Notes under the pieces: model-generated
Told to the model about the DNA's origin: nothing
Database searches by the model: none
What the model saw: only the letters and a program-made list of their open reading frames with translations
Source: Williamsia sp.
GTDB taxonomy: Bacteria; Bacteroidota; Bacteroidia; Chitinophagales; Chitinophagaceae
Direction: 5' to 3'
Assembly (NCBI GenBank): GCA_015069695.1
Contig: JADCRZ010000010.1
Location: 23,194 to 87,193 of the forward strand
Length of the DNA stretch: 64,000 bases
Shown: positions 55,600-64,000 of the stretch, one piece after another
How the letters are laid out: every line of letters starts with the position of its first letter
Position numbering within the stretch: the stretch's first letter is position 1
Made by a program: the position numbers and the translations under genes

Positions 55600-56694
55600 A
55601 TGTCTGCTGACCAGCTAACCCCCGATGGGCAGCAACCGCCTGGCGACAACTACATCAAAGGCCGGGGCGCCCAGTTCAATACCAAAAACAAATTCCTGCA
55701 ACAAGAAGTTGTAAAGGAACATATCGAAGGAATAGACGATTGGATCGAACCCAACCGGCAAACGCAATACCTCGAAGGCAACGCAAAAAGTATCGTGAAC
55801 AAGGTAGACAGTCCGGACGTGGGCATGTGGTACAGCATGAATCCTTACCAGGGCTGTGAGCACGGATGCATCTACTGCTATGCCCGCAATTCATTTGAAT
55901 ACTGGGGTTACAGCGCCGGCATCGACTTTGAACAAAAGATCATTGTAAAGAAAAATGCTCCGCAGCTGCTCCGGAAATTTCTGCGGCATCCAACCTGGGA
56001 ATGTACCCCCATCAGCATGAGCGGCAATACAGATTGCTACCAGCCGGCTGAAAAAAAATTCAAGCTTACCCGGCAGTTGCTTGAGGTTTGTCTTGAGTTT
56101 AATCAGCCCGTCGGTATCATCACCAAAAATGCCGGCATCCTGCGCGACAAAGACCTGCTGGTAAAAATGGCTGAAAAGCGGCTGGTGTCAGCCCTGGTAT
56201 CGATTACTTCTTTTCAGGAAGACCTGCGCCGTGTGATGGAACCCCGCACCACGACGGCTGCCCAGCGGCTGCGGGTGATCAGCGAGCTCAGCCAGGCAGG
56301 TGTAAAAATAGGCGTTATGCTGGGCCCGATGATTCCCGGGCTCAATGAGCATGAAATGCCTGGCATCATCAAGGCAGCCAGCGAAGCCGGCGCAAGCTTT
56401 TCTGCCTATACATTTGTCCGGCTTAACGGCGCCATCAAACTTTTGTTTCACGACTGGCTGTACAAAAACTTTCCCGGCCGGGCCGACAAAGTATGGCACC
56501 TGATTGAACAGGCGCACGGCGGCAAAGTCAACGATAGCCAGTGGGGCCGCAGAATGCGCGGAGAAGGCCCGATTGCGTCCCTTGTTTCTCAGCAATATAA
56601 AAAATTCACCCAACGCTACGGCCTCAACCAGGAAAAATGGGAACTGGACTGCACCCATTTCACCCGCCCCGGCAAGCAGTTGGGACTATTCTAA
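55600..56694 (+). CDS. PA0069-family radical SAM protein (SplB-like, often labelled DNA repair photolyase)
   Basis: CEHGCIYCY (CxxxCxxC). N-terminal YIKGRGAQFN. Confidence 0.82.
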   Translation: MSADQLTPDGQQPPGDNYIKGRGAQFNTKNKFLQQEVVKEHIEGIDDWIEPNRQTQYLEGNAKSIVNKVDSPDVGMWYSMNPYQGCEHGCIYCYARNSFEYWGYSAGIDFEQKIIVKKNAPQLLRKFLRHPTWECTPISMSGNTDCYQPAEKKFKLTRQLLEVCLEFNQPVGIITKNAGILRDKDLLVKMAEKRLVSALVSITSFQEDLRRVMEPRTTTAAQRLRVISELSQAGVKIGVMLGPMIPGLNEHEMPGIIKAASEAGASFSAYTFVRLNGAIKLLFHDWLYKNFPGRADKVWHLIEQAHGGKVNDSQWGRRMRGEGPIASLVSQQYKKFTQRYGLNQEKWELDCTHFTRPGKQLGLF

Positions 56695-56787
56695 CCCTTC
56701 TAACAATCTGCCCAACCTTCCCACCGTTCCGCCCGGGGCACCCCAACCAACAGTCCCAACCCCCAAAGGTGCCCCGGCGGAATAATT

Positions 56788-56833
56788 GTCTGAACCTTGA
56801 TTTTTTTGCTTCTTTTTTATCAAGAAAAAAAGA
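56788..56833. repeat. Short composite of both dispersed repeat families
   Basis: gtctgaacc is fused to ttgatttttttgcttcttttttatcaagaaaaaaagaa. The latter matches 18164-18205 and the reverse complement of 16836-16866. Confidence 0.7.
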
Positions 56834-56852
56834 ACAACCCTACTTTTGAAGG

Positions 56853-58307
56853 ATGCAAGCCGTGATCCAGGGAATAAAAGACCTTTTTTTTCTCTATAGC
56901 CAGGAGCCCATCAGTTCGGTAGAGAAGTTGCCTCAATCAGGTAGCGACCGGACGTATTTCAGGATTTTTACCCCCTCTGCTTCGTACATCGCTACGCACA
57001 ATTTGAACCGGCGTGAGACAAACACCTTTGTTGAATTCAGCCGGCATTTTAAACAATATGGGGTGCCGGTACCGGCCATCCTTGCGGTGAACGCAGATGA
57101 TACGCTTTATATCCAGGAAGACTTCGGCGATATTTCCCTGCTCAACAAGCTGGAGGAAGGTGGATATACACAGCCGGTTTTTGACCTGTTTAAACAGACG
57201 CTCAAAGAACTGGCTTATATGCAGATTACAGGTGGCAAAACCCTGAACTATGATCTTTGTCTGACAGCAAAAGAATTCGGAAAACAGGCGATCCTGAGCG
57301 ACCTGCTTTATTTCAAGTATTATTTTCTGGATACATTGAAAATGCCTTACGACAAACAGGCCCTGCTGGATGATTTTGAAAACCTGAGCACCTATCTTAC
57401 CCAAACCGGTCTGACCCATTTTATGTTCCGCGATTTTCAAAGCCGGAACGTAATGATCAAGGAAGAATGCGTTCATTTCATCGATTACCAGGGAGGTATG
57501 AGGGGTGCGTTGCAATATGATGTCGCTTCGCTGCTCTGGCAGGCCAAGGCCGATCTGCCGGATCAATGGAAAGACGATTTGCTTTATTACTATATCGATT
57601 GTGCAGATGAGTTGCTGGAAACGCCTGTTGACAGAACCCCGTTTGTGAGCCAGTATTATGGCTATGTACTGATCCGTTTGCTGCAGGTACTGGGCGCTTA
57701 CGGGTTCCGGGGACTTTTTGAGCGCAAGGCTCATTTCCTGATTAGCATTCCACTGGCGCTCCGGAATTTGCGGTGGTTTCTCGCCCACAAACAAATAGGG
57801 CTCAGCCTGCCTGAATTTGACCGGCTGCTGCAGCTGATTGTAGAGGATAACATTGTTGCCCGTTTTGAACCTGTACAAGCTACGCCGGATTCACCCCTCA
57901 CGGTGAGCATTCACAGCTTTTCATTCAAACAAAAACACCCGGTTGATGAAAGTGAAAACGGGGGCGGCTTTGTATTTGATTGCCGGGGTATTTACAACCC
58001 GGGCCGGCTGGAAGAATTTAAAAGATTGACGGGCAGGGACAAACCGGTCAAGGATTTTCTGGAACAACAAACCCGGATGCCTGATTTTTTGAACAGTGTA
58101 TACAACCTGGTTGACATCTCCGTAGAAGATTACCTGAAACGGGGTTTTGACCGGCTGATGGTCAGCTTTGGCTGTACGGGCGGGCAACACCGCAGTGTGT
58201 ATGCAGCCGATGAACTGGCCCGCCATCTGCGCAACAAATTCAAAGTAAAAACCGAAGTAAAGCACCTGGTTCAGGATGCAAAGAAATGGATCAACGACCT
58301 GCGCTGA
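56853..58307 (+). CDS. Fusion protein: AmgK-like anomeric amino-sugar kinase (APH/ChoK fold) plus RapZ C-terminal domain
   Basis: N-terminus: FMFRDFQSRNVMI (catalytic loop) and FIDYQGG. C-terminus: FVFDCRGIYNPGR..LTGRDKPVKDFL..VSFGCTGGQHRSVYAADELARHL, which parallels the RapZ CTD. Confidence 0.8.
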   Translation: MQAVIQGIKDLFFLYSQEPISSVEKLPQSGSDRTYFRIFTPSASYIATHNLNRRETNTFVEFSRHFKQYGVPVPAILAVNADDTLYIQEDFGDISLLNKLEEGGYTQPVFDLFKQTLKELAYMQITGGKTLNYDLCLTAKEFGKQAILSDLLYFKYYFLDTLKMPYDKQALLDDFENLSTYLTQTGLTHFMFRDFQSRNVMIKEECVHFIDYQGGMRGALQYDVASLLWQAKADLPDQWKDDLLYYYIDCADELLETPVDRTPFVSQYYGYVLIRLLQVLGAYGFRGLFERKAHFLISIPLALRNLRWFLAHKQIGLSLPEFDRLLQLIVEDNIVARFEPVQATPDSPLTVSIHSFSFKQKHPVDESENGGGFVFDCRGIYNPGRLEEFKRLTGRDKPVKDFLEQQTRMPDFLNSVYNLVDISVEDYLKRGFDRLMVSFGCTGGQHRSVYAADELARHLRNKFKVKTEVKHLVQDAKKWINDLR

Positions 58308-58322
58308 TCCTGGTCACCCACC

Positions 58323-59057
58323 ATGCAATCATCAGAAAACAAACCCATACAGGCCATGATCCTGGCTGCCGGATTGGGCACCCGGCTGAAACCCTGGACC
58401 CTTCATCATCCCAAGGCACTGGCACCCGTGAACGGCAAACCGCTGCTGCAGCACAATATAATCTACCTGCAGCAACATGGGATTTATGATGTGGTGGTAA
58501 ACGTACACCATTTCGCAGATCAGATCAGGGAAGCGATTAGGTCCAATGGGGGATGGGGCAGCCGCATCACCATCTCAGACGAAAGCCATGAAGTGCTGGA
58601 AACCGGTGGCGGCCTGAAAAAAGCCCAGGGCTTTTTTAGCCCGGGTGATTTTGTGCTGATGAATGTAGATGTGCTCACCGACCTGAACCTGCAGGAAATG
58701 ATGCGCTTTCACCAGGAGCATCGCCCGCTTGCGACCCTGGCAGCCAGGAACCGGGAAACTTCCCGCTATTTCCTTTTCGATGAAGAAGACATTCTTTGCG
58801 GCTGGAGAAATGTAAAAACAGGAGAACAGATCCTGGTGAAAGAAGAGGGGTCTCCCGTTCAAAAAGCGTTCAGCGGCATACATATTATCAATACAGCTAT
58901 TTTCCCTCTTATTGCGCTGGAGGGTAAATTCAGCATGGTAGCGCTTTATCTGCAACTGGCTCAAAGTCATTCCATAAAAGCATTTGATCACTCATCCAGC
59001 AAATTTATAGATGTGGGTACCCTGGCTTCAATTGAGCAGGCACAGCACCTTTTTTAA
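58323..59057 (+). CDS. Sugar-1-phosphate nucleotidyltransferase, MurU-like
   Basis: MILAAGLGTRLKPWTLHHPKALAPVNGKPLL. It starts 16 nt after the kinase fusion gene. Confidence 0.82.
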   Translation: MQSSENKPIQAMILAAGLGTRLKPWTLHHPKALAPVNGKPLLQHNIIYLQQHGIYDVVVNVHHFADQIREAIRSNGGWGSRITISDESHEVLETGGGLKKAQGFFSPGDFVLMNVDVLTDLNLQEMMRFHQEHRPLATLAARNRETSRYFLFDEEDILCGWRNVKTGEQILVKEEGSPVQKAFSGIHIINTAIFPLIALEGKFSMVALYLQLAQSHSIKAFDHSSSKFIDVGTLASIEQAQHLF

Positions 59058-59182
59058 CTCCCGGTGTACAGAATGCACCGGTTGTTACATACAATGAAGA
59101 CTATTTTCTACAGGTTTCCCTGTATTTGACTTATCATTGCGGGGTACTTTATTTGTAAGATAGTATTGAAAATTTTCTGCAT

Positions 59183-61651
59183 ATGAAGATCGTACGCAGC
59201 CGTAAATGGGTTTGGATTTTTTTCCTATTGTCTTCCCAGATTACGGTCGCTGGCAATACTGATTCTATGGCAGAACATCTGCCTTTTACAGATGATGCCT
59301 GGATGCGTGATACCGTTCCTGCGGTTGACACCTTTGATTTTTATGTTTCCAATCAGGGTTCCAATGCCAATAGCGGCAAATCACCCGCTTCTCCCAAACT
59401 CACGATCGACAATATCAGCAGATTGATCAATGAATATGCGGTTTCCAATAGCAAGGCTTCGCTGGGATTACAGGCGGGCAGCAATTTCAGAGAACAATTC
59501 AATATCAGCAGCAACAGTATATTAACAAGCAGTTTTTCCATGTTGTCTGAGGATAAAAAAGCACAGTTTACCGGAATGGATGTGGTAACGGACTGGCGTG
59601 CTACGACAGGTAAAACCAATACTTATGAATCTTCCATTACGCATGTAGTAGACTTTGCCAGCAATAACTACAATTGCCTGCTGGTAGCAGAAATAGACAC
59701 CATGATGGAAAAATCATATCCTGTTTCTGCCGTGCGCTATTTACGCTTTGTTTCCACACTGGATCTGTGTGAATCAACCCCGGGATCTTTTTTTATGGGT
59801 TTTGTCAACCAGAACCCCGCTCCTGTTTACATACATGCCACGCAAGGCATTCCTGGTAAAAACAAGTTCAGGTACGAAGTCGTAAAACGTCCTTATAATA
59901 TTTTCGGCTTTTACGCCAACAACAGCACTTTTGAAAATTTATTTTTGCGCTCTGCCGGCAACGGAGTGGGCATGTTGGCCGGAGGAGAGAATACGACTGT
60001 GAGGAATGTTACATTTCAAGGAGGGGGTACACACCACGCCGTTATTTACAGTGGCCGTGTTGACAAAAGCCTGTTTTTACCCGGACCCGACGGGCTTCCG
60101 GATGAAATCGGACTGGTCTTCTACAAGCCAGAAGGTATGCGAGCCCGCAATGTACTTACCAATACCCTTTTTCTTGACATCAGGAACGCTGCCTTTACCC
60201 ACACAAATGGAACTTCTGACTATAGTTCGCTAAGGGTAGATAGTGCCTATGCTTTTGCAGACACGCTCAATACAAATGCTATGTTAAGTAGCACCAACAC
60301 TGATTCTGTTATCATCTCAAACAACTATTGTTACGGATATAAAAGTTTCTGGCTGGGAATCCCTCATTACTTGAGCATACAGAACGCGACCATCAACAAC
60401 GTGTCGGAAGCAGCTATCCATTTGGGAAGTGATCTTGACATAGAATGCAATGCAACAGTGAGCAATACTTTGATCACAACCAACTGCAACGATGCAAACA
60501 AGGGATCACCTTCTTTTCAGCCTTCGGTCGGTTTCAGGTTTGCACAGAAAAGCACCACCTTGAAAGTAGCCAATACTGTTTTTTATGGCAGGTCTACATG
60601 GCATACCCAGTACGCTACGGAAACGGTTTTTGAAAATTCGCTTAACAACAGACTACAGGCATTCAACAACATCTATATCTGTGATGTAAATCCGGAAAAC
60701 TATATGCATGTGGTGAATGCAAACAATGGTACCGGCAAAGGAACTGCTTCCAATCTGGTATCTGACTACAACGTATATGTGTTGCTGAGAGGAACGATCT
60801 ATTGGACCAGTTATCCTACTTCACCGCAGGGAGATGCAAACATCTTTACCTTGCAAGACTGGCAGGCTTTCAGCGGCCAGGATAAGCACAGTATTTTTAT
60901 AGATCTTCGAAACAATCCTGCCGGACTAAAAGCAATTTTTACAGATCCGGAAAACGGTAACTGGACCCTCGCCCAAACGCCCCAGGCTGATTCTGTCAGA
61001 ATGCTAAACGCAGGCATGCTTACTCCTCCCCTCTACTATCCGCTCAGACCTGTTTACGAAGATGCATTGGATCATAACTTGCCCGGCGGATTGTCCTACT
61101 TTACCGGCAACAGGGACACCAGTCACCAGGTAAAACTGGATTGGAAAACAATCAGGGAACCAAACTTTGCCTATTTCGGCATAGAATCCAGCACGAATAA
61201 GATTGATTTTGCAAGGATAGCCAATGTAAAAACCTTGGGCAGCAACAACGACAACAGCTACACTTCTATCTTTTCAGATACAGCATCTACGCGGGTTTTT
61301 TACCGCCTGCGAATGGTAAACAGTGACAGCAGTTCTATCTTGAGCGCTGTTGCTTATGTAGACCCTTCGAAAAAAGACAGCATCATCAACGGCATCGGCA
61401 CCAATACCATCGGCATTATCCTGTATCCGAACCCGGGACAAACAAGTATAAACATCGAGCATCCTGCCAGAGAGCATGCAGAGATCAGTGTATATGATTT
61501 TATGGGCCGGTTGCTCAACCGGGTGCAGGTAGCGCAAAGGTCACTTAAGACCGTATTGCCGGTTAACGAGCTGGCGGCAGGCAAGTATATAATCCGGTGG
61601 AGAAGTGAGCGGGAAGAAAAAGCGGTCTCTTTTGTAAGGAGCGGACAATAA
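59183..61651 (+). CDS. Secreted right-handed beta-helix-like protein with T9SS type A sorting domain
   Basis: Signal peptide. Repetitive N/T/G-rich turns (NVTFQGGG, NTLFLDIRN, ATINNVS, NTLITTN). C-terminus ILYPNPG..INIEHP..ISVYDFMGRLL..GKYIIRW. Confidence 0.8.
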   Translation: MKIVRSRKWVWIFFLLSSQITVAGNTDSMAEHLPFTDDAWMRDTVPAVDTFDFYVSNQGSNANSGKSPASPKLTIDNISRLINEYAVSNSKASLGLQAGSNFREQFNISSNSILTSSFSMLSEDKKAQFTGMDVVTDWRATTGKTNTYESSITHVVDFASNNYNCLLVAEIDTMMEKSYPVSAVRYLRFVSTLDLCESTPGSFFMGFVNQNPAPVYIHATQGIPGKNKFRYEVVKRPYNIFGFYANNSTFENLFLRSAGNGVGMLAGGENTTVRNVTFQGGGTHHAVIYSGRVDKSLFLPGPDGLPDEIGLVFYKPEGMRARNVLTNTLFLDIRNAAFTHTNGTSDYSSLRVDSAYAFADTLNTNAMLSSTNTDSVIISNNYCYGYKSFWLGIPHYLSIQNATINNVSEAAIHLGSDLDIECNATVSNTLITTNCNDANKGSPSFQPSVGFRFAQKSTTLKVANTVFYGRSTWHTQYATETVFENSLNNRLQAFNNIYICDVNPENYMHVVNANNGTGKGTASNLVSDYNVYVLLRGTIYWTSYPTSPQGDANIFTLQDWQAFSGQDKHSIFIDLRNNPAGLKAIFTDPENGNWTLAQTPQADSVRMLNAGMLTPPLYYPLRPVYEDALDHNLPGGLSYFTGNRDTSHQVKLDWKTIREPNFAYFGIESSTNKIDFARIANVKTLGSNNDNSYTSIFSDTASTRVFYRLRMVNSDSSSILSAVAYVDPSKKDSIINGIGTNTIGIILYPNPGQTSINIEHPAREHAEISVYDFMGRLLNRVQVAQRSLKTVLPVNELAAGKYIIRWRSEREEKAVSFVRSGQ

Positions 61652-61655
61652 GCGC

Positions 61656-62795
61656 TTACACCGGAGAGGCAGGCGCGGTTTCACGCTTCATTTCTTCCAA
61701 CTTGTCAAAAAGGTAGAACAGGGGCGATTCTTCCAATACCCTGCGCTTGCTTATCTTGTCTTTGTTTTCCCATTTGATCAGCCTGATAAAACCGTCTTCT
61801 ATTTCCAGTCCTGTAATATCCCCGTCTTCGAAGCAGCAGCAACCTGTATTGAAATAACAGGGATAAGGCTGCACACGGGTATCTGTTTTGCCCGCGTACT
61901 CGGCTTCGCGCTTTTTTAGTTCAGCCTTTATGGATTCGATCTCTTCAACATTGTTTGCAGCTTCAGCCTTTTTAAGTTGTTTGTTCAGCCGGTCAATATG
62001 ATCCAGCGAAGCAAATACAGGCTTGTGGGTATGCCCGGAAATAAATACCATATCAGGCTGGGTGACACACCAATCGTGCATGATAATATTGTGCTTGTCA
62101 ACCAGCCCGTAAGAATCGGATACACTGTTGGTGCTGATTTCAAGGAAGCGCTGGATGGGTGTCCAGATAGCGGCAACCACCCACTTGCTGAATGCGTTGC
62201 CATCACTGCGTTTGTCGCCCTGGTGGCCATGGGTCAGAAAGATAGAGTAGGTTTTCGCATTGTATACACACTGCAGCAAAATACCTTCATATACTTTAAG
62301 CGTATTGCCAAAAACCGGTTGCAGGAATTGCAGCTGCTGGATGGCGTATTTCCACTCCAGGTCGTGATTGCCAAAAACGCGGAAGTACATCCCTGTTTGT
62401 AAAAACCGGGCTTCTTCTGCCAGGGAAGACCGGTTTCTTTCCATCACAACTTTCGGGGTGTTTTCCCAGAGTTCTTCGCAGTCGCCGAGGTTGATGAAAC
62501 AAAAACCTTGCTGCCGGTAAAATTGAAGGGCGGTTATATAATTGCTTTCTGCTTTTACAAAATCATCTGCCAGGTCGCCCCCACCCTTGTGCTGATCGGA
62601 AAAGATGACAAACTTGCCCGTGTTTATGTCAAAGGGAATAGTCACGCCTTTTTCTTTTGCCTCTTCCCGGATGCATTTCAACAGCGCATCGAGGGAAGCA
62701 TATACGTCTTGCTGGCGAGGAGAAGAAGAAACCCGCTCTGCCAGCCTGGTCACCGGTTTCGCCAATATTTTCTGCAGTAGTTTGCGCAATCCCAT
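61656..62795 (-). CDS. Metallophosphoesterase (calcineurin-like)
   Basis: IFSDQH, NLGDCEE, GNHD, LTHGHQGD, SGHTHKP. Confidence 0.88.
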   Translation of the reverse strand: MGLRKLLQKILAKPVTRLAERVSSSPRQQDVYASLDALLKCIREEAKEKGVTIPFDINTGKFVIFSDQHKGGGDLADDFVKAESNYITALQFYRQQGFCFINLGDCEELWENTPKVVMERNRSSLAEEARFLQTGMYFRVFGNHDLEWKYAIQQLQFLQPVFGNTLKVYEGILLQCVYNAKTYSIFLTHGHQGDKRSDGNAFSKWVVAAIWTPIQRFLEISTNSVSDSYGLVDKHNIIMHDWCVTQPDMVFISGHTHKPVFASLDHIDRLNKQLKKAEAANNVEEIESIKAELKKREAEYAGKTDTRVQPYPCYFNTGCCCFEDGDITGLEIEDGFIRLIKWENKDKISKRRVLEESPLFYLFDKLEEMKRETAPASPV

Positions 62796-62840
62796 TTCTT
62801 CTGTAGGCTTTATAGCTTTCTGTTGTTTTATACTTACTTC

Positions 62841-64000
62841 TTATACCCTGATGTAGATCTTTTTGTAATCGAGCCAGCGTGCGATCAGCCAATAAAAGAT
62901 AATCATGCACACTGCATACAGCAGGGAGGCGTTTCTGGGATCAGTAAACAGGGGGCTGCAAATATGCTCATAAAACCACCCAAAGGGCGCAAGATAGTGT
63001 TTGTTGCCCTGCTCATCCAGGTAAGCAGATACACGCAGCAGACCCAGCAGGCGGGGCAGAAATCCACTGAGCACAAAAATAAAAAGCGGATTCTTTCCAA
63101 ATACATCAAAGAAACGGGCCAGCCAACCCTGGTATTTCTTGATTTCTACCAGGTAGATCACCGTACACAGGATCATAATGGCCAGTCCGGATGTATAGAG
63201 CACATAAGAGCTTGTCCAGATCTTTTTGTTGACGGGAAAAACCAGGCCCCAGCTTAAACCACCTGCTGCCAGCGCGAAGCCGGCCAGGTACAGATGAGCG
63301 ATCATTCTGTACAGCAGGTCTTCCCTGGCTTTGTCGTTCAGTGGCAGTTCACCTCCCTGTCCCCTTTGCCGTATGTACCGGCCGGCGAAATAGCCCGCTA
63401 CCACCTGCACGATCGCGGCCAGGGAACTTGCCAGGCCTTCGGGATCAAAGGGCACACCTTCTCCCTTGTAGATATGGTTGTTGCCCAGCATGGCCCGGTC
63501 GATGTGCGTGCCCCAGAAACCTTCCAGGCTGAATGGATCCGGGGAACGCCCCAGGAAAAGGCAAAGCAGCCAGTAAACAAAAAGCAGCAGCAGGGAAGTC
63601 CAGAGGGCCTGCCTGGGTGTAAGGAAGTAAACCAGCAGGGAAGCAAATAAGTAGCAGATGGCAATGCGCTGCAGCACGCCAAACACGCGCACGTTGCCCA
63701 GCGTTTTGACCACCAGCTGATCACCATCCCAGCGGATAAAAGGCGACCAGTTGAGCAGTAAGCCGATCCCGAAAATAAGCAGGGCCCGCTTAAAAACTTT
63801 CTGGAGGAACACAGCATTTCCGGCTACCTGCAGGCGGGGAATGGTAAAAGCCATGGCTGTGCCTACTGCGAATAAGAAAAAGGGAAAAACCAGGTCGGTC
63901 GGAGTACACCCATGCCAGGGAGCGTGCTCAAGCGGGGTATAGATATGGCTCCAGCTTCCGGGGTTGTTGACCAGGATCATCAGGGCAACGGTAGCACCCC
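62841..64000 (-). CDS. DUF5009 / heparan-alpha-glucosaminide N-acetyltransferase-like membrane acyltransferase (5' end beyond window)
   Basis: The frame stays open past 63980 to the window edge (..GATVALMILVNNPGSWSHIY..). About 10 TM segments. Confidence 0.8.
   Translation of the reverse strand, partial: GATVALMILVNNPGSWSHIYTPLEHAPWHGCTPTDLVFPFFLFAVGTAMAFTIPRLQVAGNAVFLQKVFKRALLIFGIGLLLNWSPFIRWDGDQLVVKTLGNVRVFGVLQRIAICYLFASLLVYFLTPRQALWTSLLLLFVYWLLCLFLGRSPDPFSLEGFWGTHIDRAMLGNNHIYKGEGVPFDPEGLASSLAAIVQVVAGYFAGRYIRQRGQGGELPLNDKAREDLLYRMIAHLYLAGFALAAGGLSWGLVFPVNKKIWTSSYVLYTSGLAIMILCTVIYLVEIKKYQGWLARFFDVFGKNPLFIFVLSGFLPRLLGLLRVSAYLDEQGNKHYLAPFGWFYEHICSPLFTDPRNASLLYAVCMIIFYWLIARWLDYKKIYIRV

Noticed and set aside
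13433-56833. Whether the recurring GTCTGAACC... repeats are a CRISPR array
   Set aside because: Copies are kilobases apart and irregularly spaced, and each is self-complementary. There is no repeat-spacer periodicity and no cas genes.
56937-57878. 313-aa ORF on the minus strand
   Set aside because: It is antisense to the AmgK-like kinase domain and has no motifs. I treat it as a shadow ORF. The same reasoning applies to 53427-54116, 38211-38942, 22926-23576, 3197-3790, 43387-44007, 41601-42161 and 56188-56658.
1-64000. tRNA, rRNA, integrase or obvious defence-system genes (restriction-modification, CBASS, retron, toxin-antitoxin pairs)
   Set aside because: Reading both strands, I saw no T-loop GGTTCGAATCC-type signature, reverse transcriptase, nuclease/ATPase pair or small two-gene addiction module. 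Absence cannot be proven without tRNAscan, Infernal or HMM runs.

Overview
A gene-dense 64-kb chromosomal segment with about 59 CDS. I found no rRNA, tRNA, CRISPR array, transposase or integrase. All homology calls rest on motif recognition by eye; no BLAST, HMM or folding was run. The organism is almost certainly a member of Bacteroidota, possibly Chitinophagia/Sphingobacteriia-like. The evidence is T9SS type A and type B C-terminal sorting domains, a PorP/SprF gene, a CcmB-CcmC-CcmD-like trio and a TAnnTTTG-type promoter box.

Content by region:
- 1-7.5 kb: a 5'-truncated PA14/FN3 T9SS cargo gene, then a small glycan module (acyltransferase-3, GT-B glycosyltransferase, O-antigen-ligase-like protein, GT-C-like protein).
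- 7.5-18 kb: housekeeping genes (CvfB, serine hydrolase, VanZ, pirin, glutamate dehydrogenase, ccmBCD, tdk).
- 19-27.7 kb: the Kdo transferase gene divergent from a seven-gene nucleotide-sugar operon (DegT aminotransferase, Ugd, UDP-GlcA decarboxylase, TviB-like dehydrogenase, RfbB, RfbC, RfbD).
- 27.7-33.5 kb: a visibly AT-richer block of small membrane or stress-type genes (YtxH, Holin-X-like, lmo0937-like, YihY) with two response regulators, one of them sigma-54-dependent.
- 33.6-40.2 kb: a type IB topoisomerase, then a mycobacterial-style polyprenyl-phosphate phosphoribosyltransferase/SDR/HAD operon divergent from a GT-C membrane protein.
- 40.5-48 kb: recG, then a type B T9SS cargo with its own SprF paralogue and a small OM barrel.
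- 48-64 kb: LOG, a Na+/solute symporter, an O-methyltransferase, a LysM glucosaminidase, hpt, a vWA protein, a 2H phosphoesterase, a PA0069-type radical SAM protein, an AmgK-like kinase fused to a RapZ C-terminal domain with a MurU-like nucleotidyltransferase, a beta-helix T9SS cargo, a metallophosphoesterase and a 5'-truncated DUF5009/HGSNAT-like acetyltransferase.

The most notable observations:
1. The AmgK-like kinase / RapZ-CTD fusion.
2. The lipid-linked pentose donor operon with GT-C partners but no DprE1 homologue.
3. tdk bracketed by roughly 250-bp imperfect inverted repeats.
4. A dispersed palindromic GTCTGAACCAGGATTTACAGGAT repeat family that fills gene 3' junctions.
5. Sigma-54-type promoter candidates next to an orphan sigma-54 activator and upstream of gdh.
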